64,000 nucleotides of DNA from positions 143,421 through 207,420 of the forward strand of contig NW_003314329.1 in assembly GCF_000143415.4 (NCBI RefSeq). Reading direction: 5' to 3'. Source of the DNA: Selaginella moellendorffii (taxonomy: Eukaryota > Plantae > Lycopodiophyta). Positions 13,756 to 27,074 of the stretch are shown here, in pieces. The notes below the pieces were generated by a model that did not search any database, was not told where the DNA came from, and saw nothing but the letters and a program-made list of their open reading frames with translations. Numbering within the stretch: position 1 is the stretch's first letter; each line of letters begins with the position of its first letter. The position numbers and the translations under genes were made by a program.

Positions 13756-14173
13756 CTTTGGGTCAACTTTCGGCTGATCCCACTTGGTAGCCTGAGGTTC
13801 TTGGTGTTCAGCCACACCTTCTCCCCAGCTTGGAACTCTACTTCCCGACGCTTTAGGTTCGCGTACTTGGTTTGCCTTTGTTGAGCCCGTTCCAAGGAAT
13901 CCCTCACTAGATTCCAAATGTTGAGTCTTTCCGCCGTGAATGCCTCCACTGCAGGTAGCTCTCCATGATACTCGACCACGCCGAGTTCCACAAGACCTTC
14001 AATAGCTCGCCCATTGATGACTTCCCATGGACTCACCCCGATGCTCGAATGTGGTGAGTTGTTATAACACATTTCCGCAAGTCCCAAATGACTTACCCAA
14101 TCGGTCTGGTCTCCTGAGACATAGCATCGCAAATAATCCTCCAGCTGGCTATTCACCCTTTCCGTTTGTCCAT

Positions 14174-14219
14174 CTATCAAGAAGTGTTAGTGCCATCAAC
14201 TTGACTTAATACCCCATAC
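14174..14219 (-). other. 46-nt GT-AG intron in integrase
   Basis: AG|GTATGG...ACTAAC ACTTCTTGATAG|AT. Removal restores HPQIDGQTER in frame. Confidence 0.7.
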
Positions 14220-14609
14220 CTATCTGTGGGTGATAGGCTGTGCTGAATTTCAACTTGGTGCGATACTGTTCCAGGAGGGTTCTCCAGAACCTACTGGTGA
14301 AGATTTTATCTCGATCTGAGATAATCTCTTCTGGCCTTCCCCACACTTGAACCACTTGTTCGAAGAACAGCTTTGCCACACCTTCCGCATCCACTTCCGT
14401 TGTGGTGGGTATGAAATGTGCCATCTTCGAAAATCGGTCCACCACCACGAATATCGCATCAAACCCCTCGCTTGGGGGAAGTCCCGTGATAAAGTCCATC
14501 GTAAGACATTTCCACAGACGATCTGGAATTGGGATGCTTTGCAACAAGCCCCCACTAGCCTTAGTCACGGCTTTGACTTGCTGACATGTTGGACATGTCT
14601 TTACATAGT

Positions 14610-15204
14610 TGTAAGCTCCTGAGTTTGGACTTCCCGAGAGGTCACCCAGCCCAGTACTATTCAAACCCAAGGACGCTTAACTCCAACTATCCCAAGACCC
14701 TTAACCGATTGGAAAAGGGGGTGCACTCTTATTCATGGGCCCTTTCCCTCTATATTTGAACCCCTATGGACCGTCTCTCGAGTCGTTCCCTTTGGTTGCT
14801 TACAATCCACCACGCTTCCCTGCAAGTTCACGCCCTCGTGAACGGAAGCTGAGAGCCGCAGCTCTCCTGAGAGCCCCGCTCTCTTGACACCCTACCCCTT
14901 GGGTCGAGCCGAGCGGGAGCAAACTGGACCAGCCAGATGTCAATTAACATGTGGTGTGATTCCCTTAGCCAACCAACAGAGTCGGACCCGAGACCCCTCT
15001 GATACCAAATGTAAGCTCCTGAGTTTGGACTTCCCGGGAGGTCACCTAGCCCAGTACTATTCAAACCCAAGGACGCTTAACTCCAACTATCCCAAGACCC
15101 TTAACCGATTGGAAAAGGGGGTGCACTTTTATTCATGGGCCCTTTCCCTCTATATTTGAACCCCTATGGACCGTCTCTCTAGTCGTTCCCTTTGGTTGCT
15201 TACA
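14610..15204 (-). mobile_element. Full-length Cassandra TRIM with 5S-rRNA-containing LTRs
   Basis: Two 195-bp LTRs (14610-14804, 15010-15204; TGTAAGC...GCTTACA; 4 differences). 5S-like core AGTTAAGCGTCC...GGCTGGGTGACC..GGGAAGTCC. PBS TGGTATCAGAG at ~14997-15007. 205-bp non-coding interior. Confidence 0.93.
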
Positions 15205-16148
15205 AGAAGGTCCAAGCGATCCAGGAATGGGAGTGACCATCGAATGTACACGAGTTAAGGGCATTCTTGGGGCTATGCAACTACTATCGAAAGTTTATCA
15301 GACACTATTCGAGAGTAGCCCTGCCCTTAATGGACCAAACGGGAAAAGGGAAGATTGTATGGACAGCGGAATGCAAGGCGGCATTCGTCCACCTCAAAGG
15401 GAAGTTGAGGAAGGCCCCCGTGTTGGCATTACCAGATTTTGGTAAGGACTTTGAGGTAGACATGGATGCTTTGGACTTTGCGCTGGGCCCAATTTTGAAG
15501 CAAGACAACCATCCTGTAGCATTCTTCTCGAAGAAGTTGGACAAGGCTCAACGGAAGTGGCCTGCCCACGAGAAGGAATTGTTCGCGGTGGTCAAGGCGC
15601 TCAAGGAGTGGCGACACTACCTTGGGAGACACTTCAAGGTTTACACGGACAATGTGGCAACGAAACACTTCTTGTCACAGCCCGACCTGAGAGGGAAACA
15701 AGGTCGGTGGGCTAGTGCCTTGGCCGAGTTTGATTGCGAGATTCTGTACAAGCCTAGGAAGAGCAACATCGTGGCGGATGCGCTAAGTCGAAAAGCGAGC
15801 TTGAGGTTGGCGATATCTAGCGCAACAGCAACCTTCTGGGACGATGTGCGGACAGCATATGAGAATGATGGTCTAGCACAAGAAGTGTTGCTGAGGAATC
15901 TAGAGGCGCGGGAAGCTCACTAGAGAGGTGAGCTGCCAACGGAAGAGAAAACAGGTTATGCGGAACGCAATGGACTCATCTATTACAAGCAAACGAGGGT
16001 GTATGTTCCAGAAGGGGAACTAAGGAAGGTAGCCTTAGAAGAGTGTCATGACAGACCTCTTGTGGGACACGGTGGAGTGTCCAAGATGATGGGCTTACTC
16101 AAGAGAAAGTACCATTGGCCAGATATCGCTAAGGACGTCCAAGACTAT
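15205..16148 (+). pseudogene. Inverted segment of chromovirus pol (RT connection, RNase H, integrase N-terminus)
   Basis: EKVQAIQEW...FLGLCNYYRKFI, DMDAL, EKELFAVV, YTDN, NIVADALSR, ECHD...GHGG...DVQDY. Joins seamlessly to RT at 30144 and to integrase at 14609. Confidence 0.92.
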
Positions 16149-19100
16149 TGTAAGCGACTAAATTTTCCATTCTACTTTAGTCACTTAACCACACCTCCGA
16201 CCACTTGGAGGGGTCTCATTCACAACCTCTATCAGTCCAATTCAGGACTTGGGACTTGCTAGCCCCAAGAATGGCATCCATGCCACTCAACACTTGCACC
16301 TGGTCCAAGTGCTCCATGTGTCTGGTCCCAAGACCGACACCCAAAGGTACCACTGACATCTCGGCCCGTTACGCTAAGGCCATGCCCATTCACCTTTGCT
16401 GCACTAGTGGTCCAATACCACTTGCATCACCATCCCGTCTCTCCAAGACTGGGCCATCTGTCCACGAGTGGTCATCCTAGATCCACTCCTTAGCATCCTT
16501 GGGATTCCCACAGACCTGGGGAATCGCCTTCCCCAAAGTCCCTTTGTCAGTTCCTACCAAGTCCCTTTCTGCCCCTGGCCGTGTTTGCAAACACTGCCAC
16601 TGGATCGAGGCCCACAAGCCCGACCACTAAGTCCCACGGTCCTCTGGGACTTCCTCACCACACGACTGTATCCTTGGTCACTACCCCAGGGGACTGCTCC
16701 TCTTCCTTTCCACAGTCTGGGCCTTTGGGACAACATTTCGGAACACCGTGGCCTTACGCGAGCCACCTGGGTACTCTCCTCGCCTTCTGCCCTTGGGTGC
16801 TCTAGCCATGGGCTTAGAGCGGGTTTTGTTGAGCCACACCAGGTATCCAAGTAGGTAGTGCCACCCACACTTGGACTGGGAGCATCGGCCAGTCGATCTC
16901 CCGGGGGAACTAGAGCCGGCTCTTGAACACTTCACCAAGCTACCCCGCTTGTCGGTCCGTGTTCACTCTAGTCTTGGACTTCCCAATGGGCAGCTCATCA
17001 CCCAACACTGGGTCCGGCCTTCTTGGGCCGAATTGGCCTTTCCTGGCCAAACTGGCTCCACTGCAGTCCTCCCCCTACTATACTTTTGGAGCTCACCAAA
17101 CCCCCCAGGGTCTGGGAGACGAACGCTTTGGGCTTTCACCCTCTCAGGCTCCGGACTCGGACTCGGACTCGGACTCGGATTCGGACTCGGACTCGGGCTC
17201 GGGCTCGGTCTCGGCCTCGGCCTCGGCCTCGGTCTCGGTCTTAGTCCCGATCTCGGTCTCGGCCTCGGTCTCGGTCTCAGTCCCGATCTCGGTCTCGGTC
17301 TCGGTCTCGGTCCCGGTCTCGGACTCCATCTCGGACTCCATCTCGGACTCCATCTCGGGTCCATCTCGGGTCCATCTCGGACTCGATCTCGGACTCCATC
17401 TCGGGTCCATCTCGGACTCCATCTCGGACTCCATTTCGGGTCCATCTCGGGTCCACCTCGGACTCCATCTCAGACTCCATCTCGGACTCAATCTCGGGTC
17501 CATCTCGGACTCCACTTCGGACTCCAACTCGGGTCCATCTCGGACTCCACTTCCATCTCCAACTCGAGTCCATCTCGGACTCCACTTTGGACTCCAACTC
17601 GGGTCCATCTCGGACACTCCCACGTGTCATGTGTTGGTCCTTTTGGGTCCCTTTTTGGAGCCTCGCCTTTTGCTCGCTTCGTGCTCGTTCCTCGAGCACT
17701 TCGTTGGGAGTTCCACTCTCGCTCTTGACTTTTCAAGTCGGAGCTTTTGGTCCAAACGTGTTACGCTCATTTGGCTCTCGCTCCGGCCACTACCATGTGG
17801 CGCCCTTCCGGCTCCACTTTGGGGCCTAGGGATTTTGTGTCTCACAACTCCACCACCCATAGACGAAGTTCGATGTCCTCATCGAACGGTAAACCCTTTC
17901 ATAAAGTAACACCCACACGTGTTACCATTTCCATCCTTGGCACCTAGCCAATCTTTGTCTATGGTTTGACACCAAAGGCTCACCATGCCTTGTCCATCCT
18001 TTAAGGAGTGTAGTCTCTCCAACTTAGAGACTGATTAGACCACATGTAATGGTTCTCTCCTTTTATTGGTTTAGTTCTCGCTAAACCTCTTAGAGACCCT
18101 TCTCTAAGTCAATCCCACTACTCCTTCTCGAGTAGTCTCAATTTCCATCGATATAACCTTTGCACTTTGGAACTTTGAATTTTGACTTCTTGCAGTCAAT
18201 TTCCTAGGTGTCTCCGACACCTTGCCTTGCACCTTTTGTGCAACTCCACTTCCCATCCTAGGAAGTTCTCTACTCGAGGGCACCATCATCCTCTCTTCTA
18301 TTTCGTGCCAAAGTTCCAGTTATCATACTTTGTGCTAGGGCTGTTCATGGCCCTATCATTTGGCTACCTTACCGCTCCCTCCCTTGGAGCTTCCACTTTC
18401 GCCAAATCGGAGCATTTCGGAATCCCTCCTTGGAAACACACTTCCTTTCCCGCAACTTGTTAGCGTCCAACACATTAGTGTTCCTCGCCTAACTTTGTCA
18501 CTTGGATTCCTTCCAAGGGATTCCACGGCCCTATCTTGGCCACTCATCTTTTGCTCCTATCCGTTGATTGTTGCACCAAGCAACATCGAATCTCTACCTC
18601 CCTCCTTGAGGTATTGTTTCGGTTCCATAGCAAAGACTCTTCTTTGCCAAGTCCGGAGGATGTTCACCCCTAGTACGTCTCTTTAGCATCTTCTGCTATG
18701 GGCTCTATCCTCGGCCCAACTTTGTGATCCTCTCATGGGTCTCTTTAGAGACTACTTTCCTTGGACACACTATGCCATCACGATGACATAGCTCATTTCC
18801 CTAAGGTGCTTTTCCCACTTGGTCACCTTGACCAAGCCACACCATCATCAATAGTTCAAATCAACACTTTGAACTAGGAACCTTATTCCTTAACCCAAAC
18901 AAGGACCTTGTCCTTATTTAGCCATAAGATCACCTAGTGATCTCACCTCGGCACCTTAACAGGTTTGCCAATAGGTACTAGGTCTTCAAGACCTTTAACT
19001 TGTTAACTACGACCCCGGGGGCATCCCCCACACTTGGCGGTGTGCCCAAGCCAGCCCTTCCGGCCAAGGGTCCATAGCAACTGAGATTAGGTGTCCCCAT

Positions 19101-19193
19101 CTCACTCACCACGTCCTTGGTGCCACTTGCACCAAAGCGTTCAAGTTAGATATGCTGAGCTTTCACACTAAGCAATCTAACCGTGCATCATGA

Positions 19194-22100
19194 TGTAAGC
19201 GACTAAATTTTCCATTTTACTTTAGTCACTTAACCACACCTCCGACCACTTCGAGGAGTCTCATTCACAACCTCCATCAGTCCAATTCAGGACTTGGGAC
19301 TTGCTAGCCCCAAGAATGGCATCCATGCCACTCCACACTTGCACCTGGTCCAAGTGCTCCACGTGTCCGGTCCCGAGACCGACACCCAAAGGTACCACTG
19401 ACATCTCGGCCCGTTACGCTAAGGCCATGCCCATTCACCTTTGCTGCACAAATGGTCCAATACCACTTGCATCACCACCTCGTCTCTCCAAGACTTGGCC
19501 ATGTGTCCACGAGTGGTCATCCTAGATCCACTCCTTAGCATCCTTAGGATGCCCACAGACCTGGGGAATTGCCTTCCCCAAAGTCCCTTTGTCAGTTCCT
19601 ACCAAGTCCCTTTCTGCCCCTGGCCGTGTTTGCCAACACTGCCACTGGATCGAGGCCCACAGGCCCGACCACTAAGTCCCACGGTCCTCTGGGACTTCCT
19701 CACCACATGACTGTGTCCTTGGTCACTACCCCAGAGGACTGCTCCTCTTCCTTTCCACAGTCTGGGCCTTTGGGACAACATTTCGGAACACCGTGGCCTT
19801 ACGCGAGCCACCTGGGTACTCTCCCCACCTATCGCCTTTAGGTGCTCTAGCCATGGGCTTAGAGCGAGGTTCCGTTGAGCCATGCCTGGTATCCAAGTAG
19901 GTAGTGCCACCCACACTTGGATTGGGAGCATCGGCCAGTCGATCTCCCGGGGGAACTAGAGCCGGCTCTTGAACACTTCACCAAGCTACCCCGCTTGTCG
20001 GTCCGTATTCACTCTAGTCTTGGACTTCCCAGTGGTCAATTCATCACCCAACACTGGGTCTGGCCTTCCTGGGCCAAACTGGCCTTTCCTGGCCAAACTA
20101 GCTCCACTGCAGTCCTCCCCCTACTATACTTTTGGGGCTCACCAAACCCCCCAGGGTCTGGGAGACGAACGCTTTGGGCTTTCACCCTCTCAGGCTCCGG
20201 ACTCGGACTCGGACTCGGACTCGGACTCGGACTCGGATTCGGACTCGGACTCGGGCTCGGGCTCGGTCTCGGTCTCGGTCCCGATCTCGGTCTCGGTCTC
20301 GGTCTCGGTCCCGGTCTCGGTCCCGGTCTCGGTCTCGGTCCCGGTCTCGGTCTCGACTTCGGACTCCATCTCGGACTCCATCTCGGACTCCATCTCGGAC
20401 TCCATCTCGGACTCCATCTCGGACTCCATCTCGGACTCCATCTCGGACTCCATCTCGGGTCCATCTCGGGTCCATCTCGGACTCCATCTCGGACTCCATC
20501 TCGGGTCCATCTCGGACTCCATCTCGGACTCCATCTCGGACTCCATCTCGGGTCCATCTCGGGTCCATCTCGGACTCCATCTCGGACTCCATCTCGGGTC
20601 CATCTCGGACTCCATCTCGGACTCCATTTCGGGTCCATCTCGGGTCCACCTCGGACTCCATCTCGGACTCCATCTCGGGTCCATCTCGGACTCCACTTCG
20701 GACTCCAACTCGGGTCCATCTCGGGTCCACCTCGGACTCCATCTCGGACTCCATCTCGGACTCCATCTCGGACTCCACTTCGGACTCCAACTCGGGTCCA
20801 TCTCGGGTCCACCTCGGACTCCACTTCGGACTCCAACTCGGGTCCATCTCGGACTCCACTTCGGACTCCAACTCGAGTCCATTTCGGACACTCCCACGTG
20901 TCATGTGTTGGTCCTTTTGGGTCCCTTTTTGGAGCCTCGCCTTTTGCTCACTTCGTGCTCGTTCCTCGAGCACTTCGTTGGGAGTTCCACTCCCGCTCTT
21001 GACTTTTCAAGTCGGAGCTTTTGGTCCAAACGTGTTACGCTTGTTTGGCTCTCGCTTCGGCCACTACCATGTGGCGCCCTTCCGGCTCCACTTTGGGGCC
21101 TAGGGATTTTGTGTCTCACAACTCCACCACCCATAGACGAAGTTCGATGTCCTCATCAAACGGTAAACCCTTTCATAAAGTAACACCCACATGTGTTACC
21201 ATTTCCATCTTTGGCACCTAGCCAATCTTTGTCTATGGTTTGACATCAAAGGCTCACCATGCCTTGTCCATCCTTTAAGGAGCGTAGTCTCTCCAACTTA
21301 GAGACTGATTGGACCACATGTAATGGTTCATCCTTTTATTGGTTTAGTTCTTGCTAAACCTCTTAGAGACCCTTCTCTAAGTCAATCCCACTACTCCTTC
21401 TCGAGTAGTCTCAATTTCCATCTATTGAATGTTTGCACCTTGGAACTTTTACTCTTTTGACTTTTTGGGAGTAAATTTCCTAGGTGTCTCCAACACCTTG
21501 CATTGCACAGATTGTGCAACTCCACTTCCCTATCCTAGGAAGTTCATTACTTGAGGGCACCACCATCCTCTCTTCTATTTCGTGCCACCTTGGGCACTAA
21601 GTTCCATTTATCATACTTTGTGCTAGGGCTGTCCATGGCCCTATCATTTGGCTACCTTACCGCTCCCTCACTTGGAGCCTTTACTTTGCCAAATTGGAGC
21701 ACTTAGGAATCCGTCCTTGAAAGTCCGCTTCCTTTCCCACAAGCTGTTAGCATCGAACACATTAGTGTTCCTTGGCTAACTTTGCCATTTGGATCCCTTC
21801 CATTAAATTCCATGGCCCAAACTTTGGCCACTAGTCCTTTGATCCTATCCTTGATTGTTGCACCCAGCAACATCGGATCGCTACCTCCATTTTTGAGGTA
21901 TCCTTTCGGTTCCATAGCAAAGACTCTTCTTTGCCAAGTCCGGAGGATGTTCACCCCTAGTATGTCTCTTTAGCATATTCTGCTATGGGCCCTATCCATG
22001 GCCCAACTTCGTGACCCTCCCATGGGTCTTTTATAGAGACTACTTTCCTCGGACTCACTATGCCATCGGATGGACATAGTTTATTTCCCTTAGGTGCTCT

Positions 22101-25100
22101 TCCCACTTGGTCATTGCGACCAAGCCACACCATCTTAAACAGTTCAATTTCAACATTTTGAACCAGGAACTTCATTCCTTAGCCAACCAAGGACCTTGTC
22201 CTTATCTGGCCATAAGATCACCTAGTGATCTCACCTTGGCACCTTAACAGAGTTGCCAAGAGGTACTTGGTCTTCTAGACCTCCAAGTTGTTGACTATAA
22301 CCCCGGGGGCATCCCCCACACTTGGCGGTGCACCCAAGCTAGCCCTTGCGGCCAAGAGTTCATAGCAACTGAGATTAGGTGTCCCCATCTCACTCACCAC
22401 GACCTTGGTGCCACTTGCACCAAAGCGTTCAAGTTAGATATGCCGAGCTTTCACACTAAGCAATCTAACCGTGCATCACGACTCCGAGGCATCCCTCGCT
22501 TGGCGGTGTGCCCAAACCAGTCTCCCCACTGAGAGTCCATGACCACCGAAATATGAGTGTCCTCATATTCCAAACCATCACCACGCCCTAGTGATTTGGG
22601 ACTCGAACCCAAGCACTAGAGGGTCGGGACTCGAACCCAACCTCCGTATATGCATCTACGGACGGCATCACACTAGATGCCTGGCGTGACTCCCCACGCC
22701 GGTGCACCAACCTATTTTTAAAGCGCGCTACTGATCACAGCTTAGGAACCTAGTTCCTCCACACTGCCAAGTCCTCTCACTTGACATGTCTGTGATCATG
22801 CATGGACTCCTCCATGCTCGGCCCCATGGCCCACCCTTTTTGAAGTTATCACCTTCAACTAGGGTCTTTGTTCCCCCGACGTGCCAATCTCACTTGGCAA
22901 GTTCTCCGACCATTGTAACATGGTTCCTGCATAAGCGTGAAAGTCCTTGACCATCGACTTTCGTTCAAAGCCCCCTCTTTGAACACTTGGGAACTACTTC
23001 CCTAACCTTGATAACCTTGCCTCATGGCAAGCTTCAAGACCACGCTTTTGCTGCGCCACTCTGATTTTGCGCGTTCCATGAACCATTTACACTTGGCCTT
23101 TCTAGGTACTACGCTACCTAGAATCGTCTTTGGGAACCTTGAAGGAACTCTATCCCTCAGCTTGCTAAGGCCTCCCTTTTTGCAAGCCTTCCAAATGCCA
23201 TATAGTCTAACATGGACAATTCCATATTTTAGACTCTCCATGGCATCACGGTTGCTAGCGGCAACACCCTTGAGCCCCCACTTCATTTTCCACTCCCAGC
23301 TGGCATAACCAACCTTGGTTATGCCCTTTGATTTCTATGGTTCAGTTCCATCCCAACACTACTTGCCTTTGGCTTCACACCTTTCCTTCGGTCATTCTCC
23401 TCCAGACCAGGAGGATAGCTTTGCACTTTCTATCATGCCTTAGCAAGTATTCTTAGGGATGAACCTACCCAATAGCCTAGGGAGTGGTTCCTCAATCCGG
23501 GTATGCTCAGCTTATAATCCCACACACTAGGGTTACATTGTTGCTTATGGGCCTTTACATGCCCATCACTAGCCTTGCCAAAATTCCATTTTTGGCTTTG
23601 TCCAACTTGGGTAGACAGTCCTCTCCTGTCTCCGCAACCTTGAACATTTGGATAGCACCTTCTATCCATCATTCGCTAGGGACTTAGTCCCTTGGGCTTT
23701 ATCCATTGCCCTCGCGACATCAAACACCACCTCTTGGTGTTCTAGAGTGTTCGAGTGTCCCAATGACGGCTTCCTTGACAATGAGTATTTCCTTTCATGA
23801 CATTGACTTACTATATCGCAACATAAGCAATTTATCCCCCGTAAGGGTATATCTAACTTCTTTATACCATTAAGAAGTCTTGGGTAGTTACCTTCTACCC
23901 GCTTAACCAATTATCTTGCACCTCTTGCTTAGTTGCCCCAGAGCTGTCAAGTCTTACAACTCATTGCTTGGTGCTTCCACACCTCCATCATTATCTGGGT
24001 CACCACACTCCAACCGCATGCCTTCCAGCTTAGGCCTTGCCATTCCCATTTCCATTGGGACTCCTTTGGCAAGGGGTCCTCATGAACCCAACAACATAGC
24101 CTCAAGGTATCACACCTTGGCACATTTGGTGTCTCCAGACCATCGGCTCCACGAGCCTACCTCTATGACACTTTTTCTTTGTGTCTAAGTCTTTGCCAAG
24201 ACCAATACCGCTCTTTCTCATGCCAACCATTTGTTAGCACGGCACCATAGAGGTCACACACAACTTTGTGTCAAAGTTGTTTTCTATTTGGGAACACCTT
24301 TCCCACGACTTTTAGCACGGCACATTTTGCCATCGATGAGATACCCTCTGTTCTCATCCTTGGATCCTATGATCCCCCCCCATCCTTCGTGGGGTAAAAC
24401 ACACCTCAGTCCAAATGCTTCCATCAGTCCTTTTAGGACCATCCCTTGACTCTACTTGAGTCGTCTAGCAACTTTGGACTTGGTTAATCCACCAACCCGT
24501 AAGGTCCTACTTGTGAGGCACTAGCTCACTGGAATACACTTCTTGCATTCCTGTCCTACTCAAAAGGACTATTTTCACAAGTGTTACTCCGACACTTGAT
24601 TTTGTTCTCTGGGGGCAACCTTTGCCCCTTAGGACTACTTGTCCATGTGATGAGAACACCAACTCATCCACTTAATACACCCCCAACGCCTGGGGTTGTT
24701 CCAGCATTTATAAGAGGTAGCCCCGGCTACCTTTTCAAGGACTTGAGTCCTCTTCCGTATTTGACCTCCCACGGTCATTACTTCTGGTCTCACATTCATG
24801 AGCACCAACCTCAACTATATGAGGAAAATCTTGTGACTCCTTTATTGTTTTGGAGTCTCTATCTTTCCCGTGATCCCAACTATAGTTGTTTACCACAACT
24901 ACATTAGCCAGTTTGCTAAGTCAAACGCTCATCTGGATCACATCCTCAACTCTTTGAGAAAAGCCATCTACTGTTCCCAAGATCCCAAAGTCGTTCCATT
25001 ATTGGCCCTTTTCTATCCACCACCTCGTCTACAAGTTTGCACATGAACTGTAATGGAGAGCCATGTCTTCCCGACTTGCTACTCCTCAAGGATAGGCCCA

Positions 25101-27074
25101 CTCCTCGGACCTTCCGATGCCAACACTAGTGGTGATATACTTGAGCACCAATAAAAGTCGGACTAAGGAACAGCTCCGATACCAGATTGTAAGCGACTAA
25201 TTTTTCCATTCTACTTTAGTCACTTAACCACACCTCCGACCACTTGGAGGAGTCTCATTCACAACCTCCATAAGTCCCATTCAGGACTTGGGGCTTGCTA
25301 GCCCCGAGAATGGCATCCATGCCACTCAACCTTTGCACTTGGTCCAAGTGCTCCACGTGTCCGATCCCATGACCGACACCCAAAGGTACCACTGACATCT
25401 CGGCCCATTACGCTAAGGCCATGCCCATTCACCTTTGCTGCACAAATGGTCCAATACCACTTGCATCACCATCCCATCTCTCCAAGACTGGGCCATCTGT
25501 CTACGAGGGGTCATCCTAGATCCACTCCTTAGCATCCTTAGGATGCCCACAGACCTGGGGAATTGCCTTCCCCAAAGTCCCTTTGTCAGTTCCTACCAAG
25601 TCCCTTTCTGCCCCTGGCCGTGTTTGCCAACACTGCCACTGGATCGAGGCCCACAGGCCCGACCACTAAGTCCCACGGTCCTCTGGGACTTCCTCACCAC
25701 ACGACTGTGTCCTTGGTCACTACCCCAGAGGACTGCTCCTCTTCCTTTCCACAGTCTGGGCCTTTGGGACGACATTTCGGAACACCGTGGCCTTACGCGA
25801 GCCACCTGGGTACTCTCCCCACCTATCGCCTTTAGGTGCTCTAGCCATGGGCTTAGAGCGAGGTTCCGTTGAGCCATGCCTGGTATCCAAGTAGGTAGTG
25901 CCACCCACACTTGGATTGGGAGCATCGGCCAGTCGATCTCCCGGGGGAACTAGAGCCGGCTCTTGAACACTTCACCAAGCTACCCCGCTTGTCGGTCCGT
26001 ATTCACTCTAGTCTTGGACTTCCCAGTGGTCAATTCATCACCCAACACTGGGTCTGGCCTTCCTGGGCCAAACTGGCCTTTCCTGGCCAAACTAGCTCCA
26101 CTGCAGTCCTCCCCCTACTATACTTTTGGGGCTCACCAAACCCCCCAGGGTCTGGGAGACAAACGCTTTGGGCTTTCACCCTCTCAGGCTCCGGACTCGG
26201 ACTCGGACTCGGACTCGGACTCGGACTCGGATTCGGACTCGGACTCGGGCTCGGGCTCGGTCTCGGTCTCGGTCCCGATCTCGGTCTCGGTCTCGGTCTC
26301 GGTCCCGGTCTCGGTCCCGGTCTCGGTCTCGACTTCGGACTCCATCTCGGACTCCATCTCGGACTCCATCTCGGACTCCATCTCGGACTCCATCTCGGAC
26401 TCCATCTCGGACTCCATCTCGGGTCCATCTCGGGTCCATCTCGGACTCCATCTCGGGTCCATCTCGGACTCCATCTCGGACTCCATCTCGGACTCCATCT
26501 CGGACTCCATCTCGGGTCCATCTCGGACTCCATCTCGGACTCCATCTCGGACTCCATCTCGGGTCCATCTCGGACTCCATCTCGGACTCCATTTCGGGTC
26601 CACCTCGGACTCCATCTCGGACTCCATCTCGGGTCCATCTCGGACTCCACTTCGGACTCCAACTCGGGTCCATCTCGGGTCCACCTCGGACTCCATCTCG
26701 GACTCCATCTCGGACTCCATCTCGGACTCAACTTCGGACTCCAACTCGGGTCCATCTCGGGTCCACCTCGGACTCCACTTCGGACTCCAACTCGGGTCCA
26801 TCTCGGACTCCACTTCGGACTCCAACTCGAGTCCATTTCGGACACTCCCACGTGTCATGTGTTGGTCCTTTTGGGTCCCTTTTTGGAGCCTCGCCTTTTG
26901 CTCGCTTCGTGCTCGTTCCTCGAGCACTTCGTTGGGAGTTCCACTCCTGCTCTTGACTTTTCAAGTCGGAGCTTTTGGTCCAAACGTGTTACGCTCGTTT
27001 GGCTCTCGCTTCGGCCACTACCATGTGGCGCCCTTCCGGCTCCACTTTGGGGCCTAGGGATTTTGTGTCTCACA
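19194..27074 (-). mobile_element. LARD copy 2, nested in copy 1 with non-matching flanks
   Basis: LTRs 19194-21120 and 25188-27074 with PBS and PPT. Flanks CATGA and CCGTA; ~1.36 kb of host sequence missing. Confidence 0.9.
20197..20890. repeat. LTR-internal minisatellite (6-bp GGACTC/GGTCTC followed by 11-12-bp TCGGACTCCATC/TCGGGTCCATC units), present in every LARD LTR
   Basis: Also at ~17150-17616, 26190-26843, 29423-29912, 45858-46486, 52887-53460, 58607-59175 and 63748-64000. Related arrays in the chromovirus LTRs (12578-12856, 33544-33818). Confidence 0.95.

Larger units (their letters stand above)
13256..14609 (-). pseudogene. Integrase core, GPY motif and chromodomain; exons 14609-14220, 14173-13756, 13703-13256
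   Basis: TMDFITGLP, SDRD, HPQ|IDGQTERVN, KLTQR|FAGPY, EEEYEVEAIL...VKWKGFP..ATWEPEENL. One TGA near 13675. Confidence 0.9.

Noticed and set aside
14627-14684. Genuine 5S rRNA gene linked to 35S rDNA (here or at 2201-2255)
   Set aside because: Only the A/C-box core is present, inside LTR termini. The 5S ends and the oligo-T terminator are missing.
16871-17909. Long SR-rich, GL-rich and SD-rich ORFs in LTRs (also 19917-21183, 25911-27080, 45622-46766, 52607-53673, 58327-59448)
   Set aside because: Open in nearly all frames only because the minisatellite lacks stop codons. Frames shift freely between copies.
20019-20055. TTGGACTTCCCAGTGGTC in the LARD LTR resembling the 5S/Cassandra C-box region
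   Set aside because: The match is only ~11-17 bp with no A-box and cannot be distinguished from chance.
20197-20890. CRISPR-like array
   Set aside because: Head-to-tail tandem units without unique spacers, eukaryotic context, no cas genes. The dispersed palindromes are also irregularly spaced.
22598-22638. tRNA genes
   Set aside because: Only isolated T-arm-like hairpins; no acceptor, D or anticodon arms.
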